From IMG/VR virus record IMGVR_UViG_3300037321_000115: DNA of 64,000 bases. One strand, written 5' to 3'. Shown here piece after piece: positions 54,846 through 64,000 of the stretch. The position numbers were made by a program, and so were the translations under genes. This stretch comes from a virus (lineage: Duplodnaviria; Heunggongvirae; Uroviricota; Caudoviricetes). The notes under the pieces were generated by a model, which was given only the letters and a program-made list of their open reading frames with translations, had not been told where the DNA came from and did not search any database. Numbering within the stretch: position 1 is the first letter of the stretch; each line of letters opens with the position of its first letter.

Positions 54846-57425
54846 ATGACCACAACATCAAAGATTTTTACTGATAATATGGGTGGCACTGATGCTGCAA
54901 GTTATATTGGTGTGAAGGGTGAAATGTTCTTCGATTTAGACGCAGGGCTGTTAAGGCTTTCCGATGGTGAAACAGTTGGTGGCATACCACAGACCATAGC
55001 AGCAGCAACAGCAGCAACGCTTGGTTCTGTCCAGCCAGGCCCTGAATTCAACATGGACGGCAGCATCATGAATTTACTTCCTGGAACAGAGGATAGAATT
55101 GGCGGGATCAAAGTAGGTCCAGGTGTCAACATTAGTTCAGATGGTACCTTGAATATAAGCTCTGAAGGGTTGAGCTTCAACTTTGGCGACTTTGTGGCTG
55201 ATATTCAAGAAATTGACGGTGCAGACGTTGCTGTTTTGAAAAGCCAAAATCTTAATCAGGACATAATTATCGAGTCTAATGGGACAGGAAGTGCTAAAAT
55301 TGTTGGAGATTTTGAAGTATACGCCACAGGTACAAACTTAGATAATGCACTTGAGGCAGAGCCGATCCTCAGAGTAGTTAATGATGGTAAATTAAGAGTA
55401 TTGGTTCCTATAGTTGACGGCTCGGGTGGCGCTCTTGAGCTTATCGGATCCAATTCGAGACAAGCCTTAGCTCCAAGTCAATCAGGGGTAATTCTTCACT
55501 TGACAGGAAACACTAATGACAAATCAAGACTTTACATCGACGGCGTAAATAGTTATCCTATTATAGTTGGACGTAGGCTGAACAATACTGTAATTGCCCC
55601 TGCACAAGTACTTGCTGGCGAAACTATATTTCGAATTGCTGCGCAGGGACTTACTGATGCTGGGGAATTCAATTTGTTTGGCCCTGCAAAAATAAATTGG
55701 GTGACGACAGAAGACCAAACTACAACCAGTCAAGGCGGCAAGATTACAATTGACGTAACTGGCAATGGCACTACTGCTTTTGGTAATGTTCTTACCGTCG
55801 CAGAATTTACTGAAAATGGCATCATAGCTCCAAGAGGTCTAACTGTAGTAGGCCAGACAGTCTTAGGATCAGCCGACGACCTCACAATAACAGGAGGCAG
55901 CGACAACTACGTGTTGCAAACAAATGGCAATGGCGAGTTGAGCTGGGTCCCAGGTGGAAATGTAATATCTTACAAAAGTAGCTTATCGTCAGAACAAACA
56001 GTTACAACAGACGATACGTTTGTAGATGTGTTAGGACTGGTGCAGACAGTAGACACAGGCGAATATAGAGTAGAATCATCAATACAATACGAAGTCATTC
56101 CTGAAAACGTCTCAGATCGATGTGAGATTGATCTGGATGTATTGATTGGGCAGATCAACGCATTGACCAACACAACGACCCATGTAGTAGGTTATGGCAA
56201 TGGTGAAACATTGTTAACAGGAACATATGTGACGGCAGGTGCTGCCACTCATACAGGCAACATAGTATTTGACGCACAAGACGACCCTGATGCGATTTTT
56301 GTAATTAGATGTGGTGCAGCATTTGCACTATCTGCCAACGCTTCTTCAACACTGATAAATGGTGCTAGAGCTTCTAACATCTTTTGGTTAGTTACAGGCG
56401 CATTAACAATCGGTGCAGGATGTGATATTAAAGGTACATACATCGGCTCAGGCGCAATCGCTCCTGGTGACGTGTTTACATTAGAAGGTCGGCTGTTTAC
56501 ACAAACGGGTGCAATAGCAATGTCAAATGCAACCTACAGCGTGCCTACCGATCCAACGCCTTTGATTCTAGGCATTCTAGCAACTTTTTCTGTGTTTACA
56601 AATTCCGGTGCAATTAGTAATACAGTAGTCAACGGAAATGTTGGTGACGTATCGACAGGTGGTGGCGCCATAACAGGTTTTTCTGATATAAGAGGTACAG
56701 TGTTCGATTCAGCGGCTACAAGTGCAAAAGTATCTTTTGCACTATACCATAACGGTTTCGTAGTACCTGACTCTGAGCGGACATCTACACATGGCGTGTT
56801 TTCCAAAACAGAAAACATAATTATAGACGGTATTGCGAACGCAGCTGACGGTGAAGACATCTCTATAAAAGTTCGAGTCAGTCTTGGCAGTGTTGTGTTG
56901 CGCAGTCGTTCTGTTTGGGCGAAGGCACTAACAGCTACAGTGTCAGTGCCTACAGGAACAGTCACAAACATCGTAGCAGGCCCGTACCTAACAGGTGGTA
57001 CCATAACTGCATCAGGGACACTAGCTGTCGATGCGACAGCTACACCAACAGCTAACAAAATTGTTGCACGTGACGCAAATGCAATGATTGCAGCAACAAC
57101 GTATAAAGGCGGGACGCGCAACGCAGGTTCGTTTGGTGCTGATTCAACACTTACAATTGACTTCGCTACTGACAATTACGTATATGCCACAATAACAGGA
57201 GAAACTGTTACCGTGGCATATACAAACATTGTTCTTGGTAAGAAGGTAGTGGTGATGTTTAAAAATGCTAGTGGTACTGATCTAGACGTAGACAGTGGTG
57301 TGAGCGACATTAATTCGACAGGTGGATTTGGGACTGGTAGCATAAAAAACAATGCAACAGGCCAATTGATCGTTACTAGTTTTGGCACAACAACTGCGGA
57401 TTTGTACACAGATTTTAGAATCTAA
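54846..57425 (+). CDS. Tail-fibre/adhesin-like structural protein with an internal DUF3494 (ice-binding-like beta-solenoid) domain
   Basis: 859 aa, Thr/Gly/Ser-rich. FDAQDDPDAIFVIRCGAAF...ARASNIFWLVTGALTIGAGCDIKGTYIGSGAI...EGRLFTQTGAIAM matches the DUF3494 signature (DAQGD..AVFIF ... NIFWQV ... GR.LAQ). Confidence 0.5.
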   Translation: MTTTSKIFTDNMGGTDAASYIGVKGEMFFDLDAGLLRLSDGETVGGIPQTIAAATAATLGSVQPGPEFNMDGSIMNLLPGTEDRIGGIKVGPGVNISSDGTLNISSEGLSFNFGDFVADIQEIDGADVAVLKSQNLNQDIIIESNGTGSAKIVGDFEVYATGTNLDNALEAEPILRVVNDGKLRVLVPIVDGSGGALELIGSNSRQALAPSQSGVILHLTGNTNDKSRLYIDGVNSYPIIVGRRLNNTVIAPAQVLAGETIFRIAAQGLTDAGEFNLFGPAKINWVTTEDQTTTSQGGKITIDVTGNGTTAFGNVLTVAEFTENGIIAPRGLTVVGQTVLGSADDLTITGGSDNYVLQTNGNGELSWVPGGNVISYKSSLSSEQTVTTDDTFVDVLGLVQTVDTGEYRVESSIQYEVIPENVSDRCEIDLDVLIGQINALTNTTTHVVGYGNGETLLTGTYVTAGAATHTGNIVFDAQDDPDAIFVIRCGAAFALSANASSTLINGARASNIFWLVTGALTIGAGCDIKGTYIGSGAIAPGDVFTLEGRLFTQTGAIAMSNATYSVPTDPTPLILGILATFSVFTNSGAISNTVVNGNVGDVSTGGGAITGFSDIRGTVFDSAATSAKVSFALYHNGFVVPDSERTSTHGVFSKTENIIIDGIANAADGEDISIKVRVSLGSVVLRSRSVWAKALTATVSVPTGTVTNIVAGPYLTGGTITASGTLAVDATATPTANKIVARDANAMIAATTYKGGTRNAGSFGADSTLTIDFATDNYVYATITGETVTVAYTNIVLGKKVVVMFKNASGTDLDVDSGVSDINSTGGFGTGSIKNNATGQLIVTSFGTTTADLYTDFRI

Positions 57426-57535
57426 CATTCAGTTTATATAACGTATCATCAATATATTAGAATTAAACAAAGAGAGATAGAATGATAATGATTCATCATT
57501 ATAAAAAATCTATCAATATTACATGATAAGGAATA

Positions 57536-57856
57536 GTGATGAAAAGATTTTTCGTATGGCTACAAAAAAATGAAGGTTGGAAACCTCTTCTTGCTCTCAT
57601 ATATGCATTAATATGTGTATTTGATTTTGTAATTATTCCTACTTGGATTGTAGCAACCAGAGATCAATTAGATACATCTGTATTTGGACAATCAGAAGTA
57701 GATCATGACATCCAAATGCAATTAATAGAATTAGTGTGGGCGCCTTATGAACCACTTACACTTAAAGGCGCTGGTATGTTTCATCTGGCGTTTGGTGCGT
57801 TGTTAACAGGCAGTGCTTTGGCAAAAAGAAAAGAAGAGGACAATTACAATGAATAA
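57536..57856 (+). CDS. Small membrane protein (holin-like?)
   Basis: 106 aa with 2 TM helices and a charged C-terminus. Confidence 0.35.
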   Translation: MMKRFFVWLQKNEGWKPLLALIYALICVFDFVIIPTWIVATRDQLDTSVFGQSEVDHDIQMQLIELVWAPYEPLTLKGAGMFHLAFGALLTGSALAKRKEEDNYNE

Positions 57857-58730
57857 AGAAGTAGAAGCAGGTACAAGCGCAGAAACAAATGTAGGCGGTG
57901 TTAACTTAGAAGCACATGCCGGCACAGAAGCACATGCTGGAACTAGCACTGAAGTAACTGACACTACAGCATCCGCGACAGCAGGAGCTGGAGTCAGTGT
58001 AGAGGCGGGTGCTAGTACATCATATGGGGACACAACAGTAGAAGCAGGTGCTAGTGCAGAGGCCCATGCTGAGGCTGGTGCAAGTGCAGGCGTGAGTGGT
58101 GGTAATGCTTATGCAGAAGTTGGTGCAGAAGTTGGTGCAAGTGCAGAAGCAACTGCTGGTGTAAGCCAACAAGTTGGGGGTGTTCAAGTTAAGAATGAAA
58201 CCTCAGTACATGCAGAAGCAGGAGCAAGTGCCGGTGCATCTGCACAAATCGGCAAAGACGGTGCAGAAGGCCATGCAGGTGCAACTGCTGGAGCAAGTGT
58301 AGGTGTTGACAATACTTCTAGTGCTTATGACAGCTCTGGCAATGGTGGTGCTGCAACTGGTGGTACAAGTATCGGTGTTCAAGCAGGTGCTGAAGTTGGC
58401 GGCGGAGCAACTATGGACGACGGTGTTGCTACTATAGGAGTAAGTGGCGAAGTTGCTGTGCTAGCAGGTGTTGATGTTGACCTAAGTGTCAGCGTAGATA
58501 CAAAGCCAGCAGTGGCAGCAGCCTCGCGGGCTGCTAAAGCCGCGGCAGACGCAGAACACGCAGCCGCTGAAGAAGCACAGCGACGAGCAGATGCAGCCGC
58601 TAAAGCTGCCGCAGGTGCAAAACGTGCAGCTGATAAAGCAGCGGCAGAGGCAGGTAGAGCAGCAGAAGATGCAGCCAAAGCCACGGCAAATGCAGCTAAA
58701 AAAGCAGCCAAGAAACTAAAGTTTTGGTAA
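57849..58730 (+). CDS. Ala/Gly/Glu-rich low-complexity protein with an Ala-rich helical C-terminus. Fibre-associated?
   Basis: From MNKEVEAG. Repetitive EAGAS/AGAS units, then an AAAKAAA coiled-coil-like tail. Confidence 0.35.
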   Translation: MNKEVEAGTSAETNVGGVNLEAHAGTEAHAGTSTEVTDTTASATAGAGVSVEAGASTSYGDTTVEAGASAEAHAEAGASAGVSGGNAYAEVGAEVGASAEATAGVSQQVGGVQVKNETSVHAEAGASAGASAQIGKDGAEGHAGATAGASVGVDNTSSAYDSSGNGGAATGGTSIGVQAGAEVGGGATMDDGVATIGVSGEVAVLAGVDVDLSVSVDTKPAVAAASRAAKAAADAEHAAAEEAQRRADAAAKAAAGAKRAADKAAAEAGRAAEDAAKATANAAKKAAKKLKFW

Positions 58731-58745
58731 AGCAAACTCATAGAA

Positions 58746-58793
58746 GAAATAGTATAAAAGTATCTTAAAAATACATAGAGGACAACCAAAACG
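58746..58793 (+). promoter_or_regulatory. Late-promoter/leader element, copy 2. ACG sits where copy 1 has its ATG.
   Basis: aaatagtataaaagtatcttaaaaatacatagaggacaaccaaaac. Confidence 0.5.
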
Positions 58794-59167
58794 AAAACGC
58801 CATTGCTATCGGCCACAGTGCTGGTCAAGTACAACAACTGGTGAGTTCAGTGGCGATTGGTAATTATGCAGCAACACAATCCCAAGGCACGTTAGCAATA
58901 GCAATAGGCATCGAAGCGGGCAGAAACAATCAAGGCACGGCTGCAATAGCAATTGGTGCTAGAGCTGGGTTGGCCAGTCAAGCAGCGAATAGTATTGTTA
59001 TTAATGCAACCAACATCCAATTGGACAACGTAGTAGCAAATACACTAATTGTCAAACCAGTTAGAGAAAACACCACAGGTACAGCACCAACTAGCACATT
59101 GCCTACAGGTTTCTTCTACACTGTTTACAATCCGACAACTGGAGAAATGGGATACTGGAACCCATAA
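58769..59167 (+). CDS. Tail-fibre repeat protein fragment (xAIAIGxxAG repeats). No canonical start in frame; the tracked ORF starts at GTG 58841.
   Basis: The frame is open from 58769. Repeats AIAIGHSAGQ / SVAIGNYAAT / AIAIGIEAGR / AIAIGARAGL are typical of phage fibre collar repeats. Confidence 0.4.
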   Translation, partial: KYIEDNQNENAIAIGHSAGQVQQLVSSVAIGNYAATQSQGTLAIAIGIEAGRNNQGTAAIAIGARAGLASQAANSIVINATNIQLDNVVANTLIVKPVRENTTGTAPTSTLPTGFFYTVYNPTTGEMGYWNP

Positions 59168-59535
59168 TAATACGCTTTGATCAGCCAATCCATGTTCAGC
59201 CAATCTGTATCTTCGTCCATTAGTTCGACTTTATCGCCGTAGATTTCTTCCAACTCGTTCCAAACATGTGCGTTGTTCATTTTGAGACCGTAAGATTCTT
59301 TGTTGCATGTGTAACAAGATCCGCTCGCACCATAGAATTCATACAAAAGGAATTCTTTCCTTTTGCCTTGACTCACGTAATGGTCAATTCTACTTTCAAC
59401 ACTTGTGACGCCGCTGTTCATGCGCCAACTGCTACCATCAAGGTAGCTGCCTGATCTTCCGCCAAGAACTCTGTAGTGTGGGTCCGCACTATTAAATTTT
59501 ATAATGACCCAATTCTCAAATCTGTAACTGCTCAT
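59125..59535 (-). CDS. Hypothetical protein
   Basis: 136-aa ORF. The 3' end overlaps the convergent fibre-repeat ORF by 43 nt. Confidence 0.35.
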   Translation of the reverse strand: MSSYRFENWVIIKFNSADPHYRVLGGRSGSYLDGSSWRMNSGVTSVESRIDHYVSQGKRKEFLLYEFYGASGSCYTCNKESYGLKMNNAHVWNELEEIYGDKVELMDEDTDWLNMDWLIKAYYYGFQYPISPVVGL

Positions 59536-59550
59536 ACCTGCTCCTTAATT

Positions 59551-60234
59551 CTAAAACGATCTGATCGTTTTTTGCCACACAATTTCGAGAGTGTCGTCGT
59601 CCACATCACAATAACTGAGTTCGCCAAGACAAATGAATCTTGTCCCATTTACAACTTCATCAACATCCGTGTGCCAATGACCAAAAATGTGCAAATCAGG
59701 CTGGTGATGTTTGAACATGGTTTGTAGTGCAGATGCGGTCCTAGTTTTGAATTGGATTCCGCCGCCTATACTGTTTCCCGTTTTGATAAACAGTTCGAGA
59801 GAGATCTCTTCAGGACAATCGTGTGTAACCATTACTCTTGGCCGTGCAAATTTAAACGTGTCGATAGCAATGTTTAGATCAGTATAAGAGAGCTCTTCAT
59901 CCTCCCAAATATTAATCCCCATAGTCCTCCAATGATGGTCAATTGACCACGCGCCTCCCACATACATTACATCATTAATAACTGTTGAATCAGGAATCCA
60001 CGATTCCATCTTCTTGCATTCATCGGGCGAGTCGTGATTTCCTCGAATGAATTTTGCATTGTTGTGGACCATCATTTCATCAAGAGACGTGTGCCAATAT
60101 TCGCCTTTGCCAAACCCCACGCCCATGTCACCAACTTGAACAACAGACGTGACGTCCTCAGGAAGATTGTTTAGGACCAGTTGTAGTTCATGAACGTGGC
60201 CGTGCACATCGCCTATATATCTTGTTTTACTCAT
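59551..60234 (-). CDS. Calcineurin-like metallophosphoesterase (Ser/Thr phosphatase family)
   Basis: 227 aa. IGDVHGH, VGDMG, RGNHD, and GHWH near the C-terminus. Confidence 0.75.
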   Translation of the reverse strand: MSKTRYIGDVHGHVHELQLVLNNLPEDVTSVVQVGDMGVGFGKGEYWHTSLDEMMVHNNAKFIRGNHDSPDECKKMESWIPDSTVINDVMYVGGAWSIDHHWRTMGINIWEDEELSYTDLNIAIDTFKFARPRVMVTHDCPEEISLELFIKTGNSIGGGIQFKTRTASALQTMFKHHQPDLHIFGHWHTDVDEVVNGTRFICLGELSYCDVDDDTLEIVWQKTIRSF

Positions 60235-60870
60235 TTTGCTCCAATCCTTACACTGGCGTCATGCCAAAATAAAAACATTTTTTGTTTCTTGGATTTTCAA
60301 ATGGCAACAACATCACACTGTTGCCATTTGGCTTTGTATTATGCTAGTGCTTCAATTTCTGCCTGAATTTCTTCAGTAGTTTTATTTTCAAGAGCATCGT
60401 CATTTTTCCAATCGAAATCTGGTTCGATATTATTGCAGCCATACAAATAACCTACCGCAAGTGCGATAATAGGTGCGGCAAGTACAATTAGAAAGTGTAT
60501 CAAGGTGCGTTCCTTTGTTTTACATCAAAATTCTTTTGTGTGCGTATTAATCGCCCACATCTACCATAATTACCAACAGAGGCATAATTACCGAGCCCTT
60601 CATTAACATGTGGGGCAATACATGCTTGTTAATGGGATATTTTTCATGCAACAGGCATGCCGACCATCACGGTACGAATTCGATCATGTTCTTCGATAGT
60701 TTTGATTGTGGATCTCTCTCAGGGCAGAAACGAGATTTTTTGTTTCTTGTAGACTCAGCATTACTGTATGGTTACCGTCCACGGTGTTGACGATGTTATT
60801 TTTGATGTCAACAGAGCAAATCGAATTTAAATTGATTATTGTGTGCTCAGTAAAAAAAAGTCTCATCTGA

Positions 60871-61080
60871 TTATTTTCCTTGTTGTATTCTCTTGGTCTT
60901 GAGTAATTCAGATGCGCGGTAAAATCCGTTACGCATCAACACGTCTCCATCATCGTCCATTGTTATCAGTATTTCCTGCGCTTCCAGAGTAGAAATTCCT
61001 GTTATCTCAGAAATTTCATCAACTGTTATTGCCGAACTAACCTGCATGAGAGTAGCAATGCGACTGCGATTATTTGTCAT
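60871..61080 (-). CDS. Hypothetical small protein (possible wHTH)
   Basis: 69-aa ORF. Confidence 0.3.
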   Translation of the reverse strand: MTNNRSRIATLMQVSSAITVDEISEITGISTLEAQEILITMDDDGDVLMRNGFYRASELLKTKRIQQGK

Positions 61081-61210
61081 CTTTTTATCCTCCTAATGGC
61101 ACAGATCTTGATACAGTGTTGTTGTTGCACGTCAGTGAGCGCTGGGATAGCATCCAAATTAAATCCAAAATCGTTATCTTTTCTTTCTGCGCAGTGGGTT
61201 ACGCTATTTC

Positions 61211-61531
61211 TTAGTAGCTTTTCGGTTGCATAAAAACACTCTCAAGATAAACACCCACTCCGGAATTTATAAATTCTGACGTGTCGTGGATTCGACCGTT
61301 AGAACCTTCTACAACAACCACGTATTTGGCTGGAAAGAATTTCGAAGGAGGTACAATTTTATAATCAACTACAAGACCTTCTTCTGTTGGGTAGTATGCA
61401 CCCCAGTTCATAACAACTCTGGTTCCGATTGCGATAGAAGTGATATTTTCAGCAGTGATACGCATTGACATCCCCTTTTCTTTATCTATTTTATATGATA
61501 ATTCGTGGGGCTTGTCAACAGGCATGTGCAT
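61211..61531 (-). CDS. Hypothetical protein
   Basis: 106-aa ORF. Confidence 0.35.
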   Translation of the reverse strand: MHMPVDKPHELSYKIDKEKGMSMRITAENITSIAIGTRVVMNWGAYYPTEEGLVVDYKIVPPSKFFPAKYVVVVEGSNGRIHDTSEFINSGVGVYLESVFMQPKSY

Positions 61532-61545
61532 ATTTTAGTTTGTTC

Positions 61546-62154
61546 TTATGATTTTTTCTTGGACTTGGACTTAGGTTTATCTTTCTTGTTTTTTGCTTCC
61601 AATCGCTTAACAACTTCGTCGCCATCCATCCACAAATCACTACCATCTAAAAGTTTTTGGATTTCTTCTTTCGACAGAAAGTCTTCATACACACCGTTCA
61701 TCAGTTTGATAGACCACATTCTTTCGAATTCTATCTGCGAATGCATATCACTGCCCTTTCCGATAGTACCACCTGAATAGTTGTGGAACATAATTTGCGA
61801 ATGTGGTGAAACTTCAACACTGTCCGCTACCATCAACACCATAGTAGCTGCCGACATACACGCACCTTCGATAGATACAATTACGGTCGCTTCTGTATCG
61901 TTAAGAATTCTCAACATTTGAATTGCAGTATTTATATCTCCACCATACGAATTTATGTATATTTTTATTGCGTCGTTGGACCCAGCATGGCGAATTGTGT
62001 CAAACCACTGGATATAAGCATCAGCGGATTCTATCACACCGCTCAGATAAAATTCGTGTATGTGCACAATAGGCTTACAGAAACTTTTGTCGTCTTGTTT
62101 TGTCTGCTTGCCAAAAATATCAGCCAAGTCGAAATTTGATGCTTTTTTACTCAT
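61546..62154 (-). CDS. ClpP-family (S14-like) serine protease
   Basis: YINSYGGDINTAIQM, GACMSAATMVL (Ser motif), QIMFHNYSGG (His motif). Start most likely the Met at 62154 behind a GAAGGA RBS. Confidence 0.65.
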   Translation of the reverse strand: MSKKASNFDLADIFGKQTKQDDKSFCKPIVHIHEFYLSGVIESADAYIQWFDTIRHAGSNDAIKIYINSYGGDINTAIQMLRILNDTEATVIVSIEGACMSAATMVLMVADSVEVSPHSQIMFHNYSGGTIGKGSDMHSQIEFERMWSIKLMNGVYEDFLSKEEIQKLLDGSDLWMDGDEVVKRLEAKNKKDKPKSKSKKKS

Positions 62155-62278
62155 TGTTTTTCCTTCAATTGTACGCGGACACACAGTCCACTGATTATTA
62201 ATAGCCAACGTTATATACTGCATCGAAATTGAAGGTGGTTCGATGCAGTATATAACATATTTAGCGCACCATTTCCAT

Positions 62279-62695
62279 CTATTTTAACCACCCTATACGT
62301 TTTTGATTTTTTACTCTTTTTTGGTGTTCGTCGTCCGAACTTGGGTATCTCCAACCCCAAATCCCAACCAACAACATAAACCCACCAGACCACATCACTG
62401 CAAGTATGTTACCTGTAGTGAACCACAGAGATATTAGTGAAGTTGACATTGTTGCTACCATAAAAAACTTGAATCTTAGTGGAAATATTCTTTTTTCTTG
62501 CCAACCAACCAAGAAAGGACCAAACAATTTGTGACTGTATATCCATCTGTGCATCCTTGTGCTGGATTTTGCAAAACAATAAGCAGCACCCACAGCAGGT
62601 GTGCTCCATGGGATTCCTGGTAGGACTACGCCAAGATATGCAACACCGAGAAGCAGAATCCCCAACACGAACCAAATCACTTTAACCATTTCCAT
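62279..62695 (-). CDS. DUF454/YbaN-family inner-membrane protein
   Basis: 138 aa. PGIPWSTPAVGAAYCFAKSSTRMHRWIYSHKLFGPFLVGWQEKRIFP fits the DUF454 pattern. Confidence 0.55.
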   Translation of the reverse strand: MEMVKVIWFVLGILLLGVAYLGVVLPGIPWSTPAVGAAYCFAKSSTRMHRWIYSHKLFGPFLVGWQEKRIFPLRFKFFMVATMSTSLISLWFTTGNILAVMWSGGFMLLVGIWGWRYPSSDDEHQKRVKNQKRIGWLK

Positions 62696-62912
62696 CTACC
62701 CTTTTACAGTACACACATTCACGAGTGGTAGTCGTGGTTTTCATACTAAAACTCCACCGTGTATGCTTTGCCTCTTCTGCACATATTTAGTCCTTTAAGG
62801 AGTTCTTTGAAACTGTATAACTACGTGATGCAACTTGAAGACACACATTTAACAGTCAGCTTTCCAGAAGATGAACAGCCTTTGCTTTTAATTAGGATGG
62901 GAAATTTTCTTT

Positions 62913-63638
62913 TCATGACCAAAGATTCGAATAATACTTGCCAAAAAGTCTGAATCCGTTTTGAATCCGTTGTTGGTATTGGTCCCGGGACTCTTGATCT
63001 ACCACTTCTGTATGATCAGGTCCGTATACAAGCTCTAGTGTACCTTCTTCATCAATCTTTTCGAATCTCGCGTCGTTGTGCCCAGTGACAAAACCTTCTT
63101 CCCAGTTTTGTGTGGACCCTGCCTCTGTTTCAAAAGCAAAAATCATTTCAGATATTACATGGGTCCAACGGTCATGAAACAGTGGGTCTAGATCTGTGTC
63201 TCCTGTTTCCATGTGCCCATCATATTGTTCCTTTGTTGGTCTCATTTCCAAAGGGACGTCTTCATGATCTACAAACGGTGAACCATGTTTCTGGTCCAAA
63301 ATCTGTTTCAACATAGGCAAGATGATTAGAGCAAGTGTATTGTCCATTGACCACGTATCATAAGGCTCAAGCTTCACAATCACCTTGCGTTTCTTTTTTG
63401 ATTGGATCCAATCGAGAAATCTATACAGCCACGTTTTACGACGTTTATCCTCCCAGACAAGATCATCTGATTCAGGCGCAGCGCTTCCATAAGCGAGCAT
63501 TTCACCAAACTTATGAACCCAATCAGGTTCGCCCATCATGTCATGTTCATCTTTGACAGGTTTGGCCCAAAAACAAAGTGCACTTGCAAGTTGATATGGA
63601 CCGAACCAAGATGTATATTTTCCTATTTTCACTTTCAC
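62913..63638 (-). CDS. Hypothetical protein
   Basis: 241-aa ORF, Trp/acidic-rich. Confidence 0.4.
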   Translation of the reverse strand: MKVKIGKYTSWFGPYQLASALCFWAKPVKDEHDMMGEPDWVHKFGEMLAYGSAAPESDDLVWEDKRRKTWLYRFLDWIQSKKKRKVIVKLEPYDTWSMDNTLALIILPMLKQILDQKHGSPFVDHEDVPLEMRPTKEQYDGHMETGDTDLDPLFHDRWTHVISEMIFAFETEAGSTQNWEEGFVTGHNDARFEKIDEEGTLELVYGPDHTEVVDQESRDQYQQRIQNGFRLFGKYYSNLWS

Positions 63639-63796
63639 TTGTTTATCTCCGTTTGGATTTCTTAATAGTGCCTATATGTAGCTCAAGCACCTTGGTGTTT
63701 GAAAGCTCGCCTAACTGTGTCAGACTACGATACTCGTCGTACGTAGGACTTTTCGTTTTACTTGGTAGCTTTGCGAACCTGTTCAAAAACAAACAC

Positions 63797-63997
63797 TTAC
63801 GCGCCCCTCGCCTCAAATTCTAGAAGTTTCATTGCTTCCGTCGCGTCTGATTTGCGATGGAAATATCCATGTTCCGGTTCATCATCTGTTATAAAATAGG
63901 ACGAGGTTTCACCACGACTTTCGGTTTTAACATGATGTTTCGCGAGTAGATCCCACGCGCCGCCTTCGATCCACACACCCTGCAGCGTGGATCTCAC
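63797..63997 (-). CDS. Hypothetical protein (5' end beyond the window or ORF)
   Basis: 66-aa tracked ORF at the window edge. Confidence 0.25.
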   Translation of the reverse strand: MRSTLQGVWIEGGAWDLLAKHHVKTESRGETSSYFITDDEPEHGYFHRKSDATEAMKLLEFEARGA

Positions 63998-64000
63998 AAT

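Noticed and set aside
59125-59167. 43-nt convergent overlap between the fibre-repeat ORF and the 136-aa minus-strand ORF
   Set aside because: Probably just tightly packed convergent gene ends. Neither reading frame can be ruled out from sequence alone.
1-64000. Possibility that the window is bacterial chromosome or a temperate prophage
   Set aside because: There is contiguous T4 gene order 17-18-19-20-21-22-23 with late promoter boxes, plus T4-type accessory genes (rnh, dda, gene 30 ligase, rnlA, phoH). No integrase, repressor or host housekeeping genes are present.

Overview
This window looks like the morphogenetic core of a T4-like myovirus followed by a long accessory region. Plus strand, 11-9313: gene order 17 (large terminase, 3' part), 18 (tail sheath), 19 (tail tube), 20 (portal), a prohead-core-like gene, 21 (prohead protease), 22 (scaffold), 23 (major capsid protein). 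Each is preceded by a TATAAATA-type late promoter box, and the block ends in a clean rho-independent terminator. Minus strand, 9.4-54 kb: an early/accessory region. It holds a free-standing homing-endonuclease-like gene, a GapR (DUF2312)-like protein, a PTH2-like peptidyl-tRNA hydrolase, a Cas4-like PD-(D/E)XK nuclease, a 2H phosphoesterase, a PAAR spike, PhoH, RNase H, a RuvC-like resolvase, a MazG-like and a SpoT-like HD hydrolase, glutaredoxin, several phosphatases, Rnl2 and Rnl1-type RNA ligases, an SPFH/prohibitin protein, a 5'-deoxyribonucleotidase, DNA ligase, Dda helicase, and the NadV/NatV NAD salvage pair. The region also contains a short high-GC island, a MORN-repeat gene, a tRNA-Phe-like gene, and many small ORFs of unknown function. 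Plus strand again, 54.8-59.2 kb: a tail-fibre-like module. I see no CRISPR array, integrase or transposase. Points worth a second look:
- an Rnl1-type RNA ligase gene split by a 375-bp ORF-less structured insert;
- a coherent tRNA-repair-like gene set;
- a possible Acb1-like 2H phosphoesterase;
- a pol-beta-type nucleotidyltransferase-like protein;
- a high-GC island next to a MORN cassette and a tRNA-Phe-like gene;
- a family of early promoters with a shared extended -35;
- unusually long perfect hairpins in intergenic spacers.
All functional calls come from motifs read by eye plus T4 synteny. No database search was run.
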